DNA of 64,000 bases from a virus. The stretch lies in the IMG/VR virus record IMGVR_UViG_3300044730_002015, positions 105,525 through 169,524 of that record. One strand, 5' to 3'. The position numbers were made by a program, and so were the translations under genes. The notes under the pieces were generated by a model. It had not been told where the DNA came from and did no database searches. It saw only the letters and a program-made list of their open reading frames with translations. Positions 47,291 to 57,123 of this stretch are shown here, piece after piece (positions within the stretch are counted from its first letter, which is position 1; the number at the start of each line of letters is the position of its first letter).

Positions 47291-47599
47291 CTACCTAATC
47301 CTATCGAGCGGTAAATGACGCTCTTGTATAATCTGTTGTACAAATTCTAACAATTCATCCGCAGTCCAACCATTATCTAACCACTCGGTTTCCCATTCAT
47401 CCACCATCCATAACATCTCGCGATTCTGCGTCTTAATGATATTTTCAAGACGTTTGATATGCGGTGTTGGGCCTTCAAATAGGTAACAAAACCGCGCTTC
47501 ACCACCCCAGGAGCCAGTGTAATCTTTTTCCCGGCGATCGTAATCATTGGTTATACCAAAACCCAATCGGAAAGGTCCAGGCAGGATATAGAAATACAT
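47291..47599 (-). CDS. GIY-YIG/T5orf172-like small protein
   Basis: YFYI...GFGIT....R...Y; TEW; TGATG coupling. Confidence 0.55.
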   Translation of the reverse strand: MYFYILPGPFRLGFGITNDYDRREKDYTGSWGGEARFCYLFEGPTPHIKRLENIIKTQNREMLWMVDEWETEWLDNGWTADELLEFVQQIIQERHLPLDRIR

Positions 47600-48732
47600 C
47601 ACGCGGCCTTTTTCTGTTTCCACATTGATTTGATATCATCATCAATAAAATCCAGAATTTTTCCAAATCGGTCTAACATAGGTTTTGGGATAGACTGCTT
47701 GCCTCCTAGTTTTTGATACAGCATAACCAAAAGAGGAGCGATGCAATCGTCTTGCCAGTCTACTTCGTACCCATAAGTGTGTTTACCCCACCGACGATGA
47801 GCACCATGACACGCCTCATGGAATTGTGCGATTCCTGCAAAATAATGCTGTAGAATACCTGCAAGTTCACCTAGGAATTTGTCAGTCAACGGTATTTTAG
47901 CCGAACGGAAACTTTTTACAATGTCTGTGATCATAAACCACAATGCACCATTTATCTCGTCATAATGGAAATAGTCATTGTGGAATTTGCAACATATCTC
48001 AAGAGTTTCCTCGTCTAAGTTTAATGCTTGCATATGAGTAAACGTACCCGGCTTGCCCACAAACTGACTTTCTTTGTCCACAGGATAGCAATGGTGTTTT
48101 TCGCATATCAATTGTTTGCGCCAGGCCTCGAGATCTTCGGGATCGGTGCTGTTATCTATTCTCTTGCTCAAAACTTTGGTGCGATGCTCATACCAAGGAG
48201 AAATCTTTTTCTTGCCTTTACCATTGATCAGTGCAAAGGCTTTGCGAGCAAAAGCCTTGCTGGTAGTTTCTATATACAGCACTGGAACTTCTACTTGGCG
48301 CCAATCTTTTTCGCCATCAAATATACCGGCATCAATTAAAGCCGCAGTCAGTGTACCAGAATGCTGGCCATCTACAGCGTGATATTCTTCGGCTCCTGGA
48401 ATTTTGACACAATAGATTACCTGTAGTAGGCTCGGATTGAATGTACCCACTGCGGCAATCTTGGTGCAATGGCCGCAATCCAATTCACGTTGGATGTCTT
48501 CATCAATTTCAATGCATCCAAGTTTAACCATCTTGACCAATGGTCGCAATTTGGGATCAATCTTGATCCCTTGTTGCTGATATTCCTGTACAAGTTTCTG
48601 CCATTTTTTGGCGCTTTGGAGTTCTAACATTCTGTCGGCCAGAGTGACTGTCTTGCTCACTGTCTGAGCCAAAGGATTGCGGTGCTTCATGATATTAGGA
48701 ATGCGAACTACTTGTTCATATATTGGTAACAT
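47599..48732 (-). CDS. ParB/Srx-like (DGQH motif) protein
   Basis: IQRELD...AVDGQH...F..IN. Confidence 0.65.
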   Translation of the reverse strand: MLPIYEQVVRIPNIMKHRNPLAQTVSKTVTLADRMLELQSAKKWQKLVQEYQQQGIKIDPKLRPLVKMVKLGCIEIDEDIQRELDCGHCTKIAAVGTFNPSLLQVIYCVKIPGAEEYHAVDGQHSGTLTAALIDAGIFDGEKDWRQVEVPVLYIETTSKAFARKAFALINGKGKKKISPWYEHRTKVLSKRIDNSTDPEDLEAWRKQLICEKHHCYPVDKESQFVGKPGTFTHMQALNLDEETLEICCKFHNDYFHYDEINGALWFMITDIVKSFRSAKIPLTDKFLGELAGILQHYFAGIAQFHEACHGAHRRWGKHTYGYEVDWQDDCIAPLLVMLYQKLGGKQSIPKPMLDRFGKILDFIDDDIKSMWKQKKAA

Positions 48733-48746
48733 TTCTTTTCTCCTGG

Positions 48747-49010
48747 TCAAAACCTAAGTATAGTACCTATTGAATAAATGGTCAACAACCCAACATTCAC
48801 TGTTATCATTGCACCGTCACGGATCCTGCAGGCCCACCAAACAAAAACTGCTGACCCCAGATTTAACAACCAAACATTCCAGGGCTGGATATCCACACTG
48901 GTCAACACCGCACCGGCCAGGGTCAAAACAGTGCCAATCCATTTCAACTGCCAAGTAAAATTCCTGTAATCAGGTTTAGTAAACATAGATAGCTGCCGAA
49001 CGGGCATCAC
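48747..49010 (-). CDS. Small multi-TM membrane protein
   Basis: LKWIGTVLTLAGA...three TMs. Confidence 0.7.
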   Translation of the reverse strand: MMPVRQLSMFTKPDYRNFTWQLKWIGTVLTLAGAVLTSVDIQPWNVWLLNLGSAVFVWWACRIRDGAMITVNVGLLTIYSIGTILRF

Positions 49011-49230
49011 GTTTGAGGCAGGTGCTTCGCTGCCAGTCGTGCCTGGGTCCGCGGTATTTCACGCTGATGATTCGGCCTGGACTGCAGAGTCGGATCAGGC
49101 GTTTGATTTGGGCCAACTGATCTAAGGGCACGCCCTTGACTGTGCTGGATTCTGTGGCTGGACTTAGGTAAGTGTTGACTAACTTACGCTGATCTTGGCT
49201 GAGAGCAAATGTATATAAAAATTTATCCAT
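48976..49230 (-). CDS. Phage hypothetical protein
   Basis: KGVP...YRGPR...CLK.DA...AIY. Confidence 0.65.
   Translation of the reverse strand: MDKFLYTFALSQDQRKLVNTYLSPATESSTVKGVPLDQLAQIKRLIRLCSPGRIISVKYRGPRHDWQRSTCLKRDARSAAIYVY
49166..49185. repeat. Palindromic operator-like site, copy 4 (intragenic)
   Basis: AGGTAAGT-GTTG-ACTAACTT. Confidence 0.55.
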
Positions 49231-49236
49231 ACACCA

Positions 49237-49265
49237 AGTATAACACAAGGTGATTTATTGGTCTA
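49237..49265 (-). promoter_or_regulatory. Early promoter, leaderless geometry
   Basis: TAGACC-N17-TATACT, 6 nt before ATG 49230. Confidence 0.65.
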
Positions 49266-49269
49266 CCAG

Positions 49270-49289
49270 AAGTAAGTGCGCACTAACCT
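49270..49289. repeat. Palindromic operator-like site, copy 5
   Basis: AAGTAAGT-GCGC-ACTAACCT. Confidence 0.65.
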
Positions 49290-50115
49290 AGAATAAACCA
49301 TTATGCTCATCGTCTCTAAACTGGCTTTCTAGTTGCCCCAGCGATAAACGGCTCAATGCACGATCCAGGCTATCTTTCCTGGCCGCCCGAGATGTATTAC
49401 CTGCACTGATCAGTGCATAACGATGATTATCAAGTTCTATTATCATGGCCAGACAAAATCCTGCCGCACGAGTATATCCGGTCTTGGCCACCACTGTGGT
49501 AAACGACTGCGGATCTCTAGCATAGGGATTGGTGGCGCGACCTATAATCTTTTCGATCCAGGTGCGTTTCTTGGCAGTTTTGACTATGGCGATTTCAAGA
49601 CCGTCTTGGTTTGAAAATTGTTTTATTATATCAAATCGACTGGATCTGTCCAAGATCTTGATCAAATCATCTGCGGTAGATTTGTTTGCACTGCCGATAC
49701 CCGATGCATCTACGAACACAGTGTTCTTGGCACCGATATTGTCAGCCAAGGTATTCATGGCTGCCAAACCCAATTTATTGCCGCCAGGGTAATGATGTAA
49801 CAATGTTTCTGCTGCGAGATTGTCTGATGTGACCAACAACAACTGCATCAACTCTCGCCGAGTCAGTGTCATACCCGGATGTATGCGATTGCTGGATTCG
49901 CTGCCGCGCACTCGGAGTTTTTGATCCAGGTCCTGGCCCGCATCAATCACCACCATGGCCGTGGCCAGTTTGGTGATGCTGGCTATTGAAATCACCTGAT
50001 TGGCCTGCTGGCCTTCTACATAGGTTTTACGATCAAGATCATAGATTACCAGTATCTGGCTGTGTGCCGACACTGATACCAGGCACAGCAGTATAGCTGC
50101 CGAAAATTTCCACAT
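49288..50115 (-). CDS. Peptidase S11 D-Ala-D-Ala endo/carboxypeptidase (PBP7-like)
   Basis: Signal peptide; SITK, SDN, KTG motifs. Confidence 0.9.
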   Translation of the reverse strand: MWKFSAAILLCLVSVSAHSQILVIYDLDRKTYVEGQQANQVISIASITKLATAMVVIDAGQDLDQKLRVRGSESSNRIHPGMTLTRRELMQLLLVTSDNLAAETLLHHYPGGNKLGLAAMNTLADNIGAKNTVFVDASGIGSANKSTADDLIKILDRSSRFDIIKQFSNQDGLEIAIVKTAKKRTWIEKIIGRATNPYARDPQSFTTVVAKTGYTRAAGFCLAMIIELDNHRYALISAGNTSRAARKDSLDRALSRLSLGQLESQFRDDEHNGLF

Positions 50116-50130
50116 CTATTATTTAAGAGT

Positions 50131-50943
50131 TTAGACTCTGGCAGTGATCAGCAGATGCCAGCCAAAGTTGCGTTTTAAACAATCAAAGATTTCAGGTGGC
50201 ATGGAGTCAAACCAGGGCTCTCGAACATATTGATAATTTTTGTATTCGGGTATGCTGTAAGGGAAGATATGATCTTGCCTGATCTGTACCGACTGGAACC
50301 GGTTGAATGCTTCGTATACTTCTTCGTGAGTATAAGTTTTGGCCTGAGGACAGCCTGGTTGTGCTTCTGGCTGTTCAAGACCATCACGTATCAATGCTGC
50401 CTTATAGGAGTTTTCGGCGTAGAGCATGATGCGGGCCTCGCCCCCGGCATTGAGTAATAGATGCAGTTGATCGATAATCAGTTGTGGCGTTTCTGAATGA
50501 TGTATCACTCCAAAACTATAGATCAAGTCAAACTTTTGACCTTGGAATATCTGGCCAATCTCTTCAGCATTGCCTATCAAGAATCGGCCTGCTAATCCTT
50601 CCACTTGAAATCTCTGCTGGGCCAACTTCACTGATTCGTCAGATAAATCAAAACCGGTATAGTCAGCACCTGCACGGGCAAACTCAGCAGCATCGGTGCC
50701 TATGCCTACACCAATTTCAAGCACACTTTTGCCTGAACAATTGTCAAATCCAGCAAATTGTGGAATATGCGGTTCTACAAAATATCTACGTTGAGTGACT
50801 TCCTGGTAGTACTCTAGTGTGCCCACGGGCTGCGTGCTGTGCCTGATGTTGCAGGGTCGGCGATTCCAGTATTCGCGGATGTTGGACAGTGTGGCTTCTG
50901 CGGCGGGAGTACTTAACTCCTGTTTGATTTCTTCTGTGATCAT
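50131..50943 (-). CDS. Class I SAM-dependent methyltransferase
   Basis: [26 protein letters not shown]. Confidence 0.9.
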   Translation of the reverse strand: MITEEIKQELSTPAAEATLSNIREYWNRRPCNIRHSTQPVGTLEYYQEVTQRRYFVEPHIPQFAGFDNCSGKSVLEIGVGIGTDAAEFARAGADYTGFDLSDESVKLAQQRFQVEGLAGRFLIGNAEEIGQIFQGQKFDLIYSFGVIHHSETPQLIIDQLHLLLNAGGEARIMLYAENSYKAALIRDGLEQPEAQPGCPQAKTYTHEEVYEAFNRFQSVQIRQDHIFPYSIPEYKNYQYVREPWFDSMPPEIFDCLKRNFGWHLLITARV

Positions 50944-51659
50944 CGGATTTGTCCTGTGTGTCTTGCCAGTCGCTCGCGCCAGGTCATTAGATCGCGCTGG
51001 CGATCCGGATGTGCATAATCCACAGGATTGGTAGGATCTTTGCCATCTGCAGAGTAACTGGTTTCTCGGTAGGTTTCGTCGTTGTTGCCGCCAGTGATGT
51101 CAGCACGATTATGATATACATCCACGCGGATGTTGAGCATACGAGTCAGTGGTGCGGTTACATTGTATATCCACCAATCCGAATGGACCACCGGAGAAAT
51201 CTCTTTAAATAGTTTAACCCAGCCCTGTGGTATGATAGGAAACAATGCAAATGGATGCTGGTGATTGATGCACTGCATACGCAGGCATCCAAAATAATCA
51301 GGATACTTCAGTACCTCTCGATCCCAGGCATTGGTCAGCATGACCGCATCGTCGTTCCAGAACATGATCCAATCGCCAGTGGCGTGGCTACCTAAGAGGT
51401 TTACATAGCGATGCAGTTGGGTATAACCATAACGCTCGCTTTCAAATATTTGCAATGTCACGCAGGGCCAATATCTGTTTAGATCGGGCCAGACCGTGGC
51501 AAAGAAATTTCTACTTTCGTCGTCGTCGCGGTCATATGCTATGAGTATTTCAAGTTCGCCGTCACCGGAAAAGTTATTACAGATGCTGGTAAGACTGGTT
51601 ACCAAGGCACGGGCTCGCTTGCGCGTGGGCAATAGCACTGATATTTTTTGTGTTTTCAT
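50940..51659 (-). CDS. GT-A (family 2-like) glycosyltransferase
   Basis: [17 protein letters not shown]. Confidence 0.8.
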   Translation of the reverse strand: MKTQKISVLLPTRKRARALVTSLTSICNNFSGDGELEILIAYDRDDDESRNFFATVWPDLNRYWPCVTLQIFESERYGYTQLHRYVNLLGSHATGDWIMFWNDDAVMLTNAWDREVLKYPDYFGCLRMQCINHQHPFALFPIIPQGWVKLFKEISPVVHSDWWIYNVTAPLTRMLNIRVDVYHNRADITGGNNDETYRETSYSADGKDPTNPVDYAHPDRQRDLMTWRERLARHTGQIR

Positions 51660-51695
51660 AATACTATGTAGCGGGCTTGGTCATCGAGAAATAAT

Positions 51696-52181
51696 TTATG
51701 CCAAGGGTAGGCCCTGATCATCCACTTCTATCCAACTGTAGTCGCCTAGCCATTTGACTCTGGCTAGATATTGATAATGGTCTGGTGCGCTGGCGTGCCA
51801 GTCGTTGGGACCCAGCATACTCAATCTGAGGGTATTCTGGATAGAGTCCTGCAGTAACCAATAGCATTGATTGTGATAAATCTGGAAATCGTAGCGGGCC
51901 GAATGAACCCAGTCAGTGACATCTAATCTGCGTTTTATTCCAGCAGCCTGTTGTTGTAGCACCGACACCAACTGCATAATACGATCATACTCTTGTTGAG
52001 CGTGTAGCCTAGCAACATTCAGCATGATATCTTTCTGCTGAGTCACTGGCACAAGATCAAATGCAGGTGCTCCGACTTCTGTTGGATAAGGTGTTACGTT
52101 ACGATTGATGAATGACACCAGGCTGTTGCCAGCCTTCATATCAAAACTGTCCCGCCCCTTGGCGGAGTTAGTCTTGTCCAC
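51696..52181 (-). CDS. DUF2452-like protein
   Basis: PYPTEVGAP...A.QEYDRI...LS.LGP.DW; start uncertain. Confidence 0.65.
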   Translation of the reverse strand: MDKTNSAKGRDSFDMKAGNSLVSFINRNVTPYPTEVGAPAFDLVPVTQQKDIMLNVARLHAQQEYDRIMQLVSVLQQQAAGIKRRLDVTDWVHSARYDFQIYHNQCYWLLQDSIQNTLRLSMLGPNDWHASAPDHYQYLARVKWLGDYSWIEVDDQGLPLA

Positions 52182-52881
52182 TCTTGGTATCTGCTGACAG
52201 ACCCAGCATGGGACGGTGATCAAATTTGTAGTCTTTGTATTTGCCGCGAGCATCCACATAGTGCAAGAAAGCCTGGATATGTTCACGCCCGGTATATTCT
52301 TCTCTCCAATGTTCTAAATCAGTGCCGTGATAGACCAACATATCACCCGGCGCCAGGGTCACAGCCGACGTTTTGCCAGCATAGTTTTTGATATAGATAG
52401 GATAAGGGTCTTTCACGTCGTAGTCAATACAGGCTGTGGTGCTGAATTGGCAGCTGGGGCGATCCTTGTGTACTTTCATATCTGCTCCTGCATACATGAT
52501 TCTAGCATAGGTATAGCAAGGATGCAGTTTCTTGCCAATCACTATTTCCATGGCAGGTTGCATTTCAACCATGAGTGCTTCAAAAGCGTAAAAACCATAG
52601 TGGGGAAAACTATAAGGTACCTGACCATCCTCAAATGCTCTGACGTGTTCCAAGGGTGCGTTGCGATAAAAGTATGAACACCTGCGATGCATCCTAAATT
52701 GTTCTGCCAGCACCCTACAGGTCTGAGGCTCAATTATGCCACGTGCCACCGCATATCCATTGGTGACAAAATCCTTGTGTAGTTTATCGAATTTTTGATC
52801 CCGTGCTGGTGCTATTTTGGTCGCAGTGGTTTTCGTAGATTTAACCTTTTTTGCTGGAGATTTGACTGCTGTTTCTTTCAT
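52168..52881 (-). CDS. 2OG-Fe(II) oxygenase
   Basis: YTYARI, HKDRPSC, PGDML.Y.G...EHWRE, Q.FLHY. Confidence 0.85.
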   Translation of the reverse strand: MKETAVKSPAKKVKSTKTTATKIAPARDQKFDKLHKDFVTNGYAVARGIIEPQTCRVLAEQFRMHRRCSYFYRNAPLEHVRAFEDGQVPYSFPHYGFYAFEALMVEMQPAMEIVIGKKLHPCYTYARIMYAGADMKVHKDRPSCQFSTTACIDYDVKDPYPIYIKNYAGKTSAVTLAPGDMLVYHGTDLEHWREEYTGREHIQAFLHYVDARGKYKDYKFDHRPMLGLSADTKSGQD

Positions 52882-52898
52882 GTTTATCTTTCTAATAT

Positions 52899-52989
<91 letters not shown>

Positions 52990-53002
52990 TGTGTATTAGT
53001 TA

Positions 53003-53848
53003 TTAAGTCCAAAGATACTGACGTAATTTAATGAGACGTATCATCATATCCTCATCTTCTTGCTCATATCTCTGTTCTAGTTCCTGCACTTGATCGATCA
53101 TGTCTGTGCGACGGCGCCGATCCTGGAGATCGTTGCTTTCCCATATTCCAAACACCGAATCGTCATTCTTGTTGTCATTCAGGCGGCTGTTGACGTAATC
53201 ACTCCAACCTGACACATCATGTGGGTCCAGCCGGTTAGGGCGCATTTGGGTCCACCAAAGATACAGATTGATACACTCCACAGCATTCTTGGCCTGTGCA
53301 GTAGGCTGACCATAGTCAGGGTGGCTGGGATTCACACCCGAGTCTTCATCATAGACCAAACCTGCGGCCCAGCGTAAAGCATCCAATCCGGCTTCGCGTG
53401 ATCTCCAGGTACGCCAACGCAACCACCCACGGGCATAAAAAGGTGCGTGATATTTTTCTCTTGCTTCCGGGTCCCAGGCAATGTTCCACCAAGCCTGCTC
53501 AACTTCCACAAAGTCAACCAGTTCGTTAAACAAGCAGGGAAGAAATCGATTGCCCACATCGCACCACGTACCCGGCCGGATGTCCTTTGGGTGTGCTGTG
53601 AGTTTATGTGTGCCCGTGACCCAGCGATTGTTCACATAATACTTGACAGCGTAAATCTTATCAGGCACAAACATCACAATATTTTGCAAGTGATCAAGGC
53701 CCTCTTCGGCCAGCCAATATCTAAATGAATGAGTTGTTTTGGCAGTGCGACGCCAATCGCGCCATTGCTCACTGGTGCCAGCCGACAACTTTGGTGTGCC
53801 GCGCAACCAATCAGCAAAACGTGAGCAACTCCAATAATTCGATCTCAT
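53003..53848 (-). CDS. Trp-rich phage hypothetical protein
   Basis: MRSNYWSCS...FNELVDFVEVE...IRLIKLRQYLWT; TTGACT-N17-CATAAT 6 nt upstream. Confidence 0.75.
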   Translation of the reverse strand: MRSNYWSCSRFADWLRGTPKLSAGTSEQWRDWRRTAKTTHSFRYWLAEEGLDHLQNIVMFVPDKIYAVKYYVNNRWVTGTHKLTAHPKDIRPGTWCDVGNRFLPCLFNELVDFVEVEQAWWNIAWDPEAREKYHAPFYARGWLRWRTWRSREAGLDALRWAAGLVYDEDSGVNPSHPDYGQPTAQAKNAVECINLYLWWTQMRPNRLDPHDVSGWSDYVNSRLNDNKNDDSVFGIWESNDLQDRRRRTDMIDQVQELEQRYEQEDEDMMIRLIKLRQYLWT

Positions 53849-53886
53849 TTGACTATTATGTATTACACGACTCAAGAAGTCAAGAA

Positions 53887-53914
53887 AAAAGGTGACGTTT
53901 TGGCATCACCTTTT
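53887..53914. terminator. Terminator downstream of ahpD
   Basis: AAAAGGTGA...TCACCTTTT. Confidence 0.7.
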
Positions 53915-53935
53915 GACCGCCTCTGCCCGACCAAA

Positions 53936-54451
53936 CTATTGTGCCAGCACTCGGCTCACTGCTGTGATCACGGCAGCTATGCGACCAATGTCACGCAATT
54001 GCTCCACCGTGTAGCCCGCTGACTTCAGTGTTTCATAATGTGCTTTGACACAGAAGTGACACTTGCCAACAATGCTGGCAGACAGTGCATATGCTTCAAA
54101 CCGCTCACGTGTGGTACCACCGTGCGTGGCTATGGCATTCATGCGCAACTGCGGTGGCAATCCCGACAGGTTGGCATCTTCTGCCATTTCTACGTAAGGA
54201 TACCATACATTGTTCATGGCCATGAGGCTTGCGGCTGTGACAGCGGCTTCTGCTTCTTTCTGATCAGCAATCTGGCTCTGCATCCAGGTCCATAACTTGG
54301 TATTACCTGAAGCAAAGGCTGCTGCCAGGGCCACTGCTTCGGCTTCCTCCTGCGGCAGCGTTGAACGCTTGACCACCGCGTCTATGTTGAGACGTGTGTC
54401 TTTGGCATAGTCAGGAATGGTTTCTTTCAGTTTATCAACCCAGGCAGTCAT
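53936..54451 (-). CDS. ahpD: Alkyl hydroperoxide reductase AhpD
   Basis: IPDYAKD.RLN, MAMNNVWY, LRMN, KCHFCVKAH. Confidence 0.93.
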   Translation of the reverse strand: MTAWVDKLKETIPDYAKDTRLNIDAVVKRSTLPQEEAEAVALAAAFASGNTKLWTWMQSQIADQKEAEAAVTAASLMAMNNVWYPYVEMAEDANLSGLPPQLRMNAIATHGGTTRERFEAYALSASIVGKCHFCVKAHYETLKSAGYTVEQLRDIGRIAAVITAVSRVLAQ

Positions 54452-54984
54452 TACAGTGTTTCTCCACCTACTGCACGATTGCAAGCACACTTTTCACCGG
54501 TCTGCAGTGCATCAAGTATGCGCAGGGTTTCTTCGCTGGAGCGACCAACGTTGAGATTGTTCACTGTGACATGCTGGATCACATTGTCTGGATCAATGAT
54601 GAATGTTGCGCGAAGTGCAGCGCCTGCAGGTGCGTAGAACACGCCCAGTTGATCAATCAAGCTCAGTTCGCCGCGCTGTGTGTCAGCAAACTGGATATGT
54701 CGGATTTTCTTAAGATCTTCGTGTGCTGCCTGCCAAGCCAGTTTGCAAAACTCATTGTCTGTTGAGCCTGTGAGCAGGACTGCGTCACGGTCAGCAAAAT
54801 CTGAGAACAACCGGTCGTAAGCCACGATCTCTGTGGGGCAGACAAATGTAAAGTCTTTGGGGTAGTAAACAACGACTTTCCATTTGCCAGCAAATGATTC
54901 TTCTGTAATGGTAAAGAAATCGTCTTTACCGGGATTGACACCTGTTACTGCAAATTTGGTTACTTGATCTCCTACTGTTTTCAT
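54451..54984 (-). CDS. ahpC: Peroxiredoxin AhpC
   Basis: YPKDFTFVCPTE, RATFIIDP, LQTGEKCAC. Confidence 0.95.
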   Translation of the reverse strand: MKTVGDQVTKFAVTGVNPGKDDFFTITEESFAGKWKVVVYYPKDFTFVCPTEIVAYDRLFSDFADRDAVLLTGSTDNEFCKLAWQAAHEDLKKIRHIQFADTQRGELSLIDQLGVFYAPAGAALRATFIIDPDNVIQHVTVNNLNVGRSSEETLRILDALQTGEKCACNRAVGGETL

Positions 54985-55036
54985 CTTGGTTTCCTTTTCT
55001 ATTCAAGTGGATGGCAGCCCTATGCTGCATTACAAC

Positions 55037-55065
55037 ATTGTAATAGTAATTATCTAGGAAATCAA
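55037..55065 (-). promoter_or_regulatory. Sigma70 promoter of ahpCD
   Basis: TTGATT-N17-TACAAT. Confidence 0.65.
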
Positions 55066-55073
55066 GTGAAATT

Positions 55074-55122
55074 ATAGATTTTTCCAATAATTATTTTAAT
55101 GATGATTATAAGAAAAATCTAT
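55074..55122. promoter_or_regulatory. OxyR/LysR-like operator
   Basis: ATAG-N7-CAAT ... ATAA-N7-CTAT; 11-bp inverted repeat ATAGATTTTTC/GAAAAATCTAT just upstream of the -35. Confidence 0.6.
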
Positions 55123-56126
55123 TGGACTTCTGGGGTATTTTGATGCTGCCAGGCCTGTATCGGCATGATGCAGTGTGTGGTTCTACAGTAATCCATGATG
55201 TGTGGCACACAAAACAAACTACAACGATCACGATACTGACAAGATCGGCATTCGGGTAACTGCTCTATCCTTGTCAAACTGTGTTGCATGATATCCACCA
55301 CTTCTTGATACAAATTATCCTGAGTCCATGCATTATTTTTAAACAGTTTTAAACTGTCGTGTATCACAGGTATGCGCTCGTGATAAAACGGCAAGAAATA
55401 CAATCCACCGTTTCTATACAACAGATCTACACCGCGACCTTCATGATCTAGGGCGTTGGGCAAATTGATAGGCAAGTGGCTGCGCTCATTGAAAAACTTT
55501 TGTGTGGTGCGTATGGTTCTCAGCAGAGTCAACGGATCATCCCTGCCGGCATTGAGTGCCAAGTCCATGCCAGGCAGCCAATCATAAACCTCACGCACAC
55601 GTTCAAAGATATCAGAATCAAATTCTTTTGGTTCCGCCGGCATATTGCCTAGGAGATAAACCCTGCTGAGATCTAGCCCACGCTGTTGTAACAAGGTCTT
55701 GAATGTGTCAATATTACGTTTGAGTTTGGCGCTGTAGGCTTGGTGATCATAACTGCCTAACTCCAGGGGCACAGCAATCTTGATCCTAGGATGTGGATAG
55801 TGTTCTGCTATTTCATCTGCTATATCTATCATCTGTTGCTGATTGTATCGCAAAGTAGTGCTGAATGTTATGCCAGCAAAACGTGTGGCCATGCGTTTGA
55901 GAGCAGGATCCAAACGCAGTTCTCGCTGGCTGCTGTGCCAGATATCTGTAGGGCCTAACCAAAAATTGCCTAACCAGAAATCTCGGGTATCCTCAATGAG
56001 ATTTTCTAATTGTTCAATGCCTTGCCCGTGTAGTTGATCTTGTCTGGGTATGACACAATCATTGCAGTTTAGTGCGCAACCAGCGGCAACGTCTACCAAG
56101 AGATCTATTTCGAATCGATTGAACAT
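55119..56126 (-). CDS. Radical SAM protein with Cys-rich SPASM-like C-terminus
   Basis: GCALNCNDC; C-terminal CRSCQYRDRCSLFC...C...C. Confidence 0.75.
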   Translation of the reverse strand: MFNRFEIDLLVDVAAGCALNCNDCVIPRQDQLHGQGIEQLENLIEDTRDFWLGNFWLGPTDIWHSSQRELRLDPALKRMATRFAGITFSTTLRYNQQQMIDIADEIAEHYPHPRIKIAVPLELGSYDHQAYSAKLKRNIDTFKTLLQQRGLDLSRVYLLGNMPAEPKEFDSDIFERVREVYDWLPGMDLALNAGRDDPLTLLRTIRTTQKFFNERSHLPINLPNALDHEGRGVDLLYRNGGLYFLPFYHERIPVIHDSLKLFKNNAWTQDNLYQEVVDIMQHSLTRIEQLPECRSCQYRDRCSLFCVPHIMDYCRTTHCIMPIQAWQHQNTPEVQ

Positions 56127-56151
56127 GGTAATATTTACCCTAGAAGGTGTT

Positions 56152-56227
56152 TGGTGCCGGTTGTCGGATTCGAACTGACGACCTACTGATTACAAATCAG
56201 TTGCTCTACCAACTGAGCTAAACCGGC
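56152..56227 (-). tRNA. tRNA-Thr(TGT)
   Basis: Cloverleaf; ACTGA-TTTGTAA-TCAGT; CCA. Confidence 0.95.
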
Positions 56228-57123
56228 TTGAAACTGTCAATGTCTGGCAAAGGTATTCTCGTGTGGGTTTTGGCCAGAATTGCTCCAATGCTGCTGCCCG
56301 AGTCTCCTGCACAATACATAGTGTATGTATTTTTATAGTGTGTCTTGAATAATTTTCTAGCAGGCGTATTATAGGCACATCCGCCCATGAACACACAACA
56401 ATCGGTTTGGACCGAGTGTTTTGCCCAGGTGATACAATTTTGCAATTCTTCCAAAAACACAGATTGCACACCGGCTGCTATATCCTGTTTGGGCAGTGTG
56501 TATGGCCAATACCTGATACCTCGATGTAAATTGTATTTTAAATAGGGTTTCACAAGATCGTGAGTATGATAAGCACTGCCCAATTGGGCCAATGCAGTGA
56601 TCTGAGATTCGTCTTTGGTTGGCCTATAACCCAGTAGTTTTGTGAATGCTGAATAAAACAGTCCCAGGCTATAGGGATATCGTCGGCTGTATAATTTTTT
56701 AAGATCATTGCCTTTGGCGTGCCAAATACTCACAGTATCTAGTTCGCCAATGGCATCTGCTACAAATATCACAGCCTGATCAAACTCACTGGCATAGTAG
56801 CCAGCAGCCGCGTGGCTGCCATGATGGTCGCCGTACACTATGTCAACATCTGTGATGCCAAATTGTGCAAGATAAATTTTGGGCAGTTCGGCCAGATCTA
56901 AAGCATCGGCAAATTGTCCTGCACGTAATTGACGGTATTTTTTACGCCAGGGATTTTCATACCAAAAGATTTTATCGGGCCGGCCCAGTTCCAAAGCCCA
57001 GTCTATCATATCCTGGGTTAACTCTGTATCAATTGGAGACAGTAGATGTTTTACTAGAACATTATTTTGGAACACGGCAACACTGCTGTCGTGACTCAGC
57101 GCATTGATGCCCCAAAGTATCAT
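56218..57123 (-). CDS. Carbamoyltransferase (NodU/CmcH), N-terminal Kae1-like domain only
   Basis: ILWGIN..HDSS, HHGSHAA, DAIGE, SLGLFYS, GGCAYN, GDSG; no C-terminal YrdC-like domain. Confidence 0.85.
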   Translation of the reverse strand: MILWGINALSHDSSVAVFQNNVLVKHLLSPIDTELTQDMIDWALELGRPDKIFWYENPWRKKYRQLRAGQFADALDLAELPKIYLAQFGITDVDIVYGDHHGSHAAAGYYASEFDQAVIFVADAIGELDTVSIWHAKGNDLKKLYSRRYPYSLGLFYSAFTKLLGYRPTKDESQITALAQLGSAYHTHDLVKPYLKYNLHRGIRYWPYTLPKQDIAAGVQSVFLEELQNCITWAKHSVQTDCCVFMGGCAYNTPARKLFKTHYKNTYTMYCAGDSGSSIGAILAKTHTRIPLPDIDSFKPV

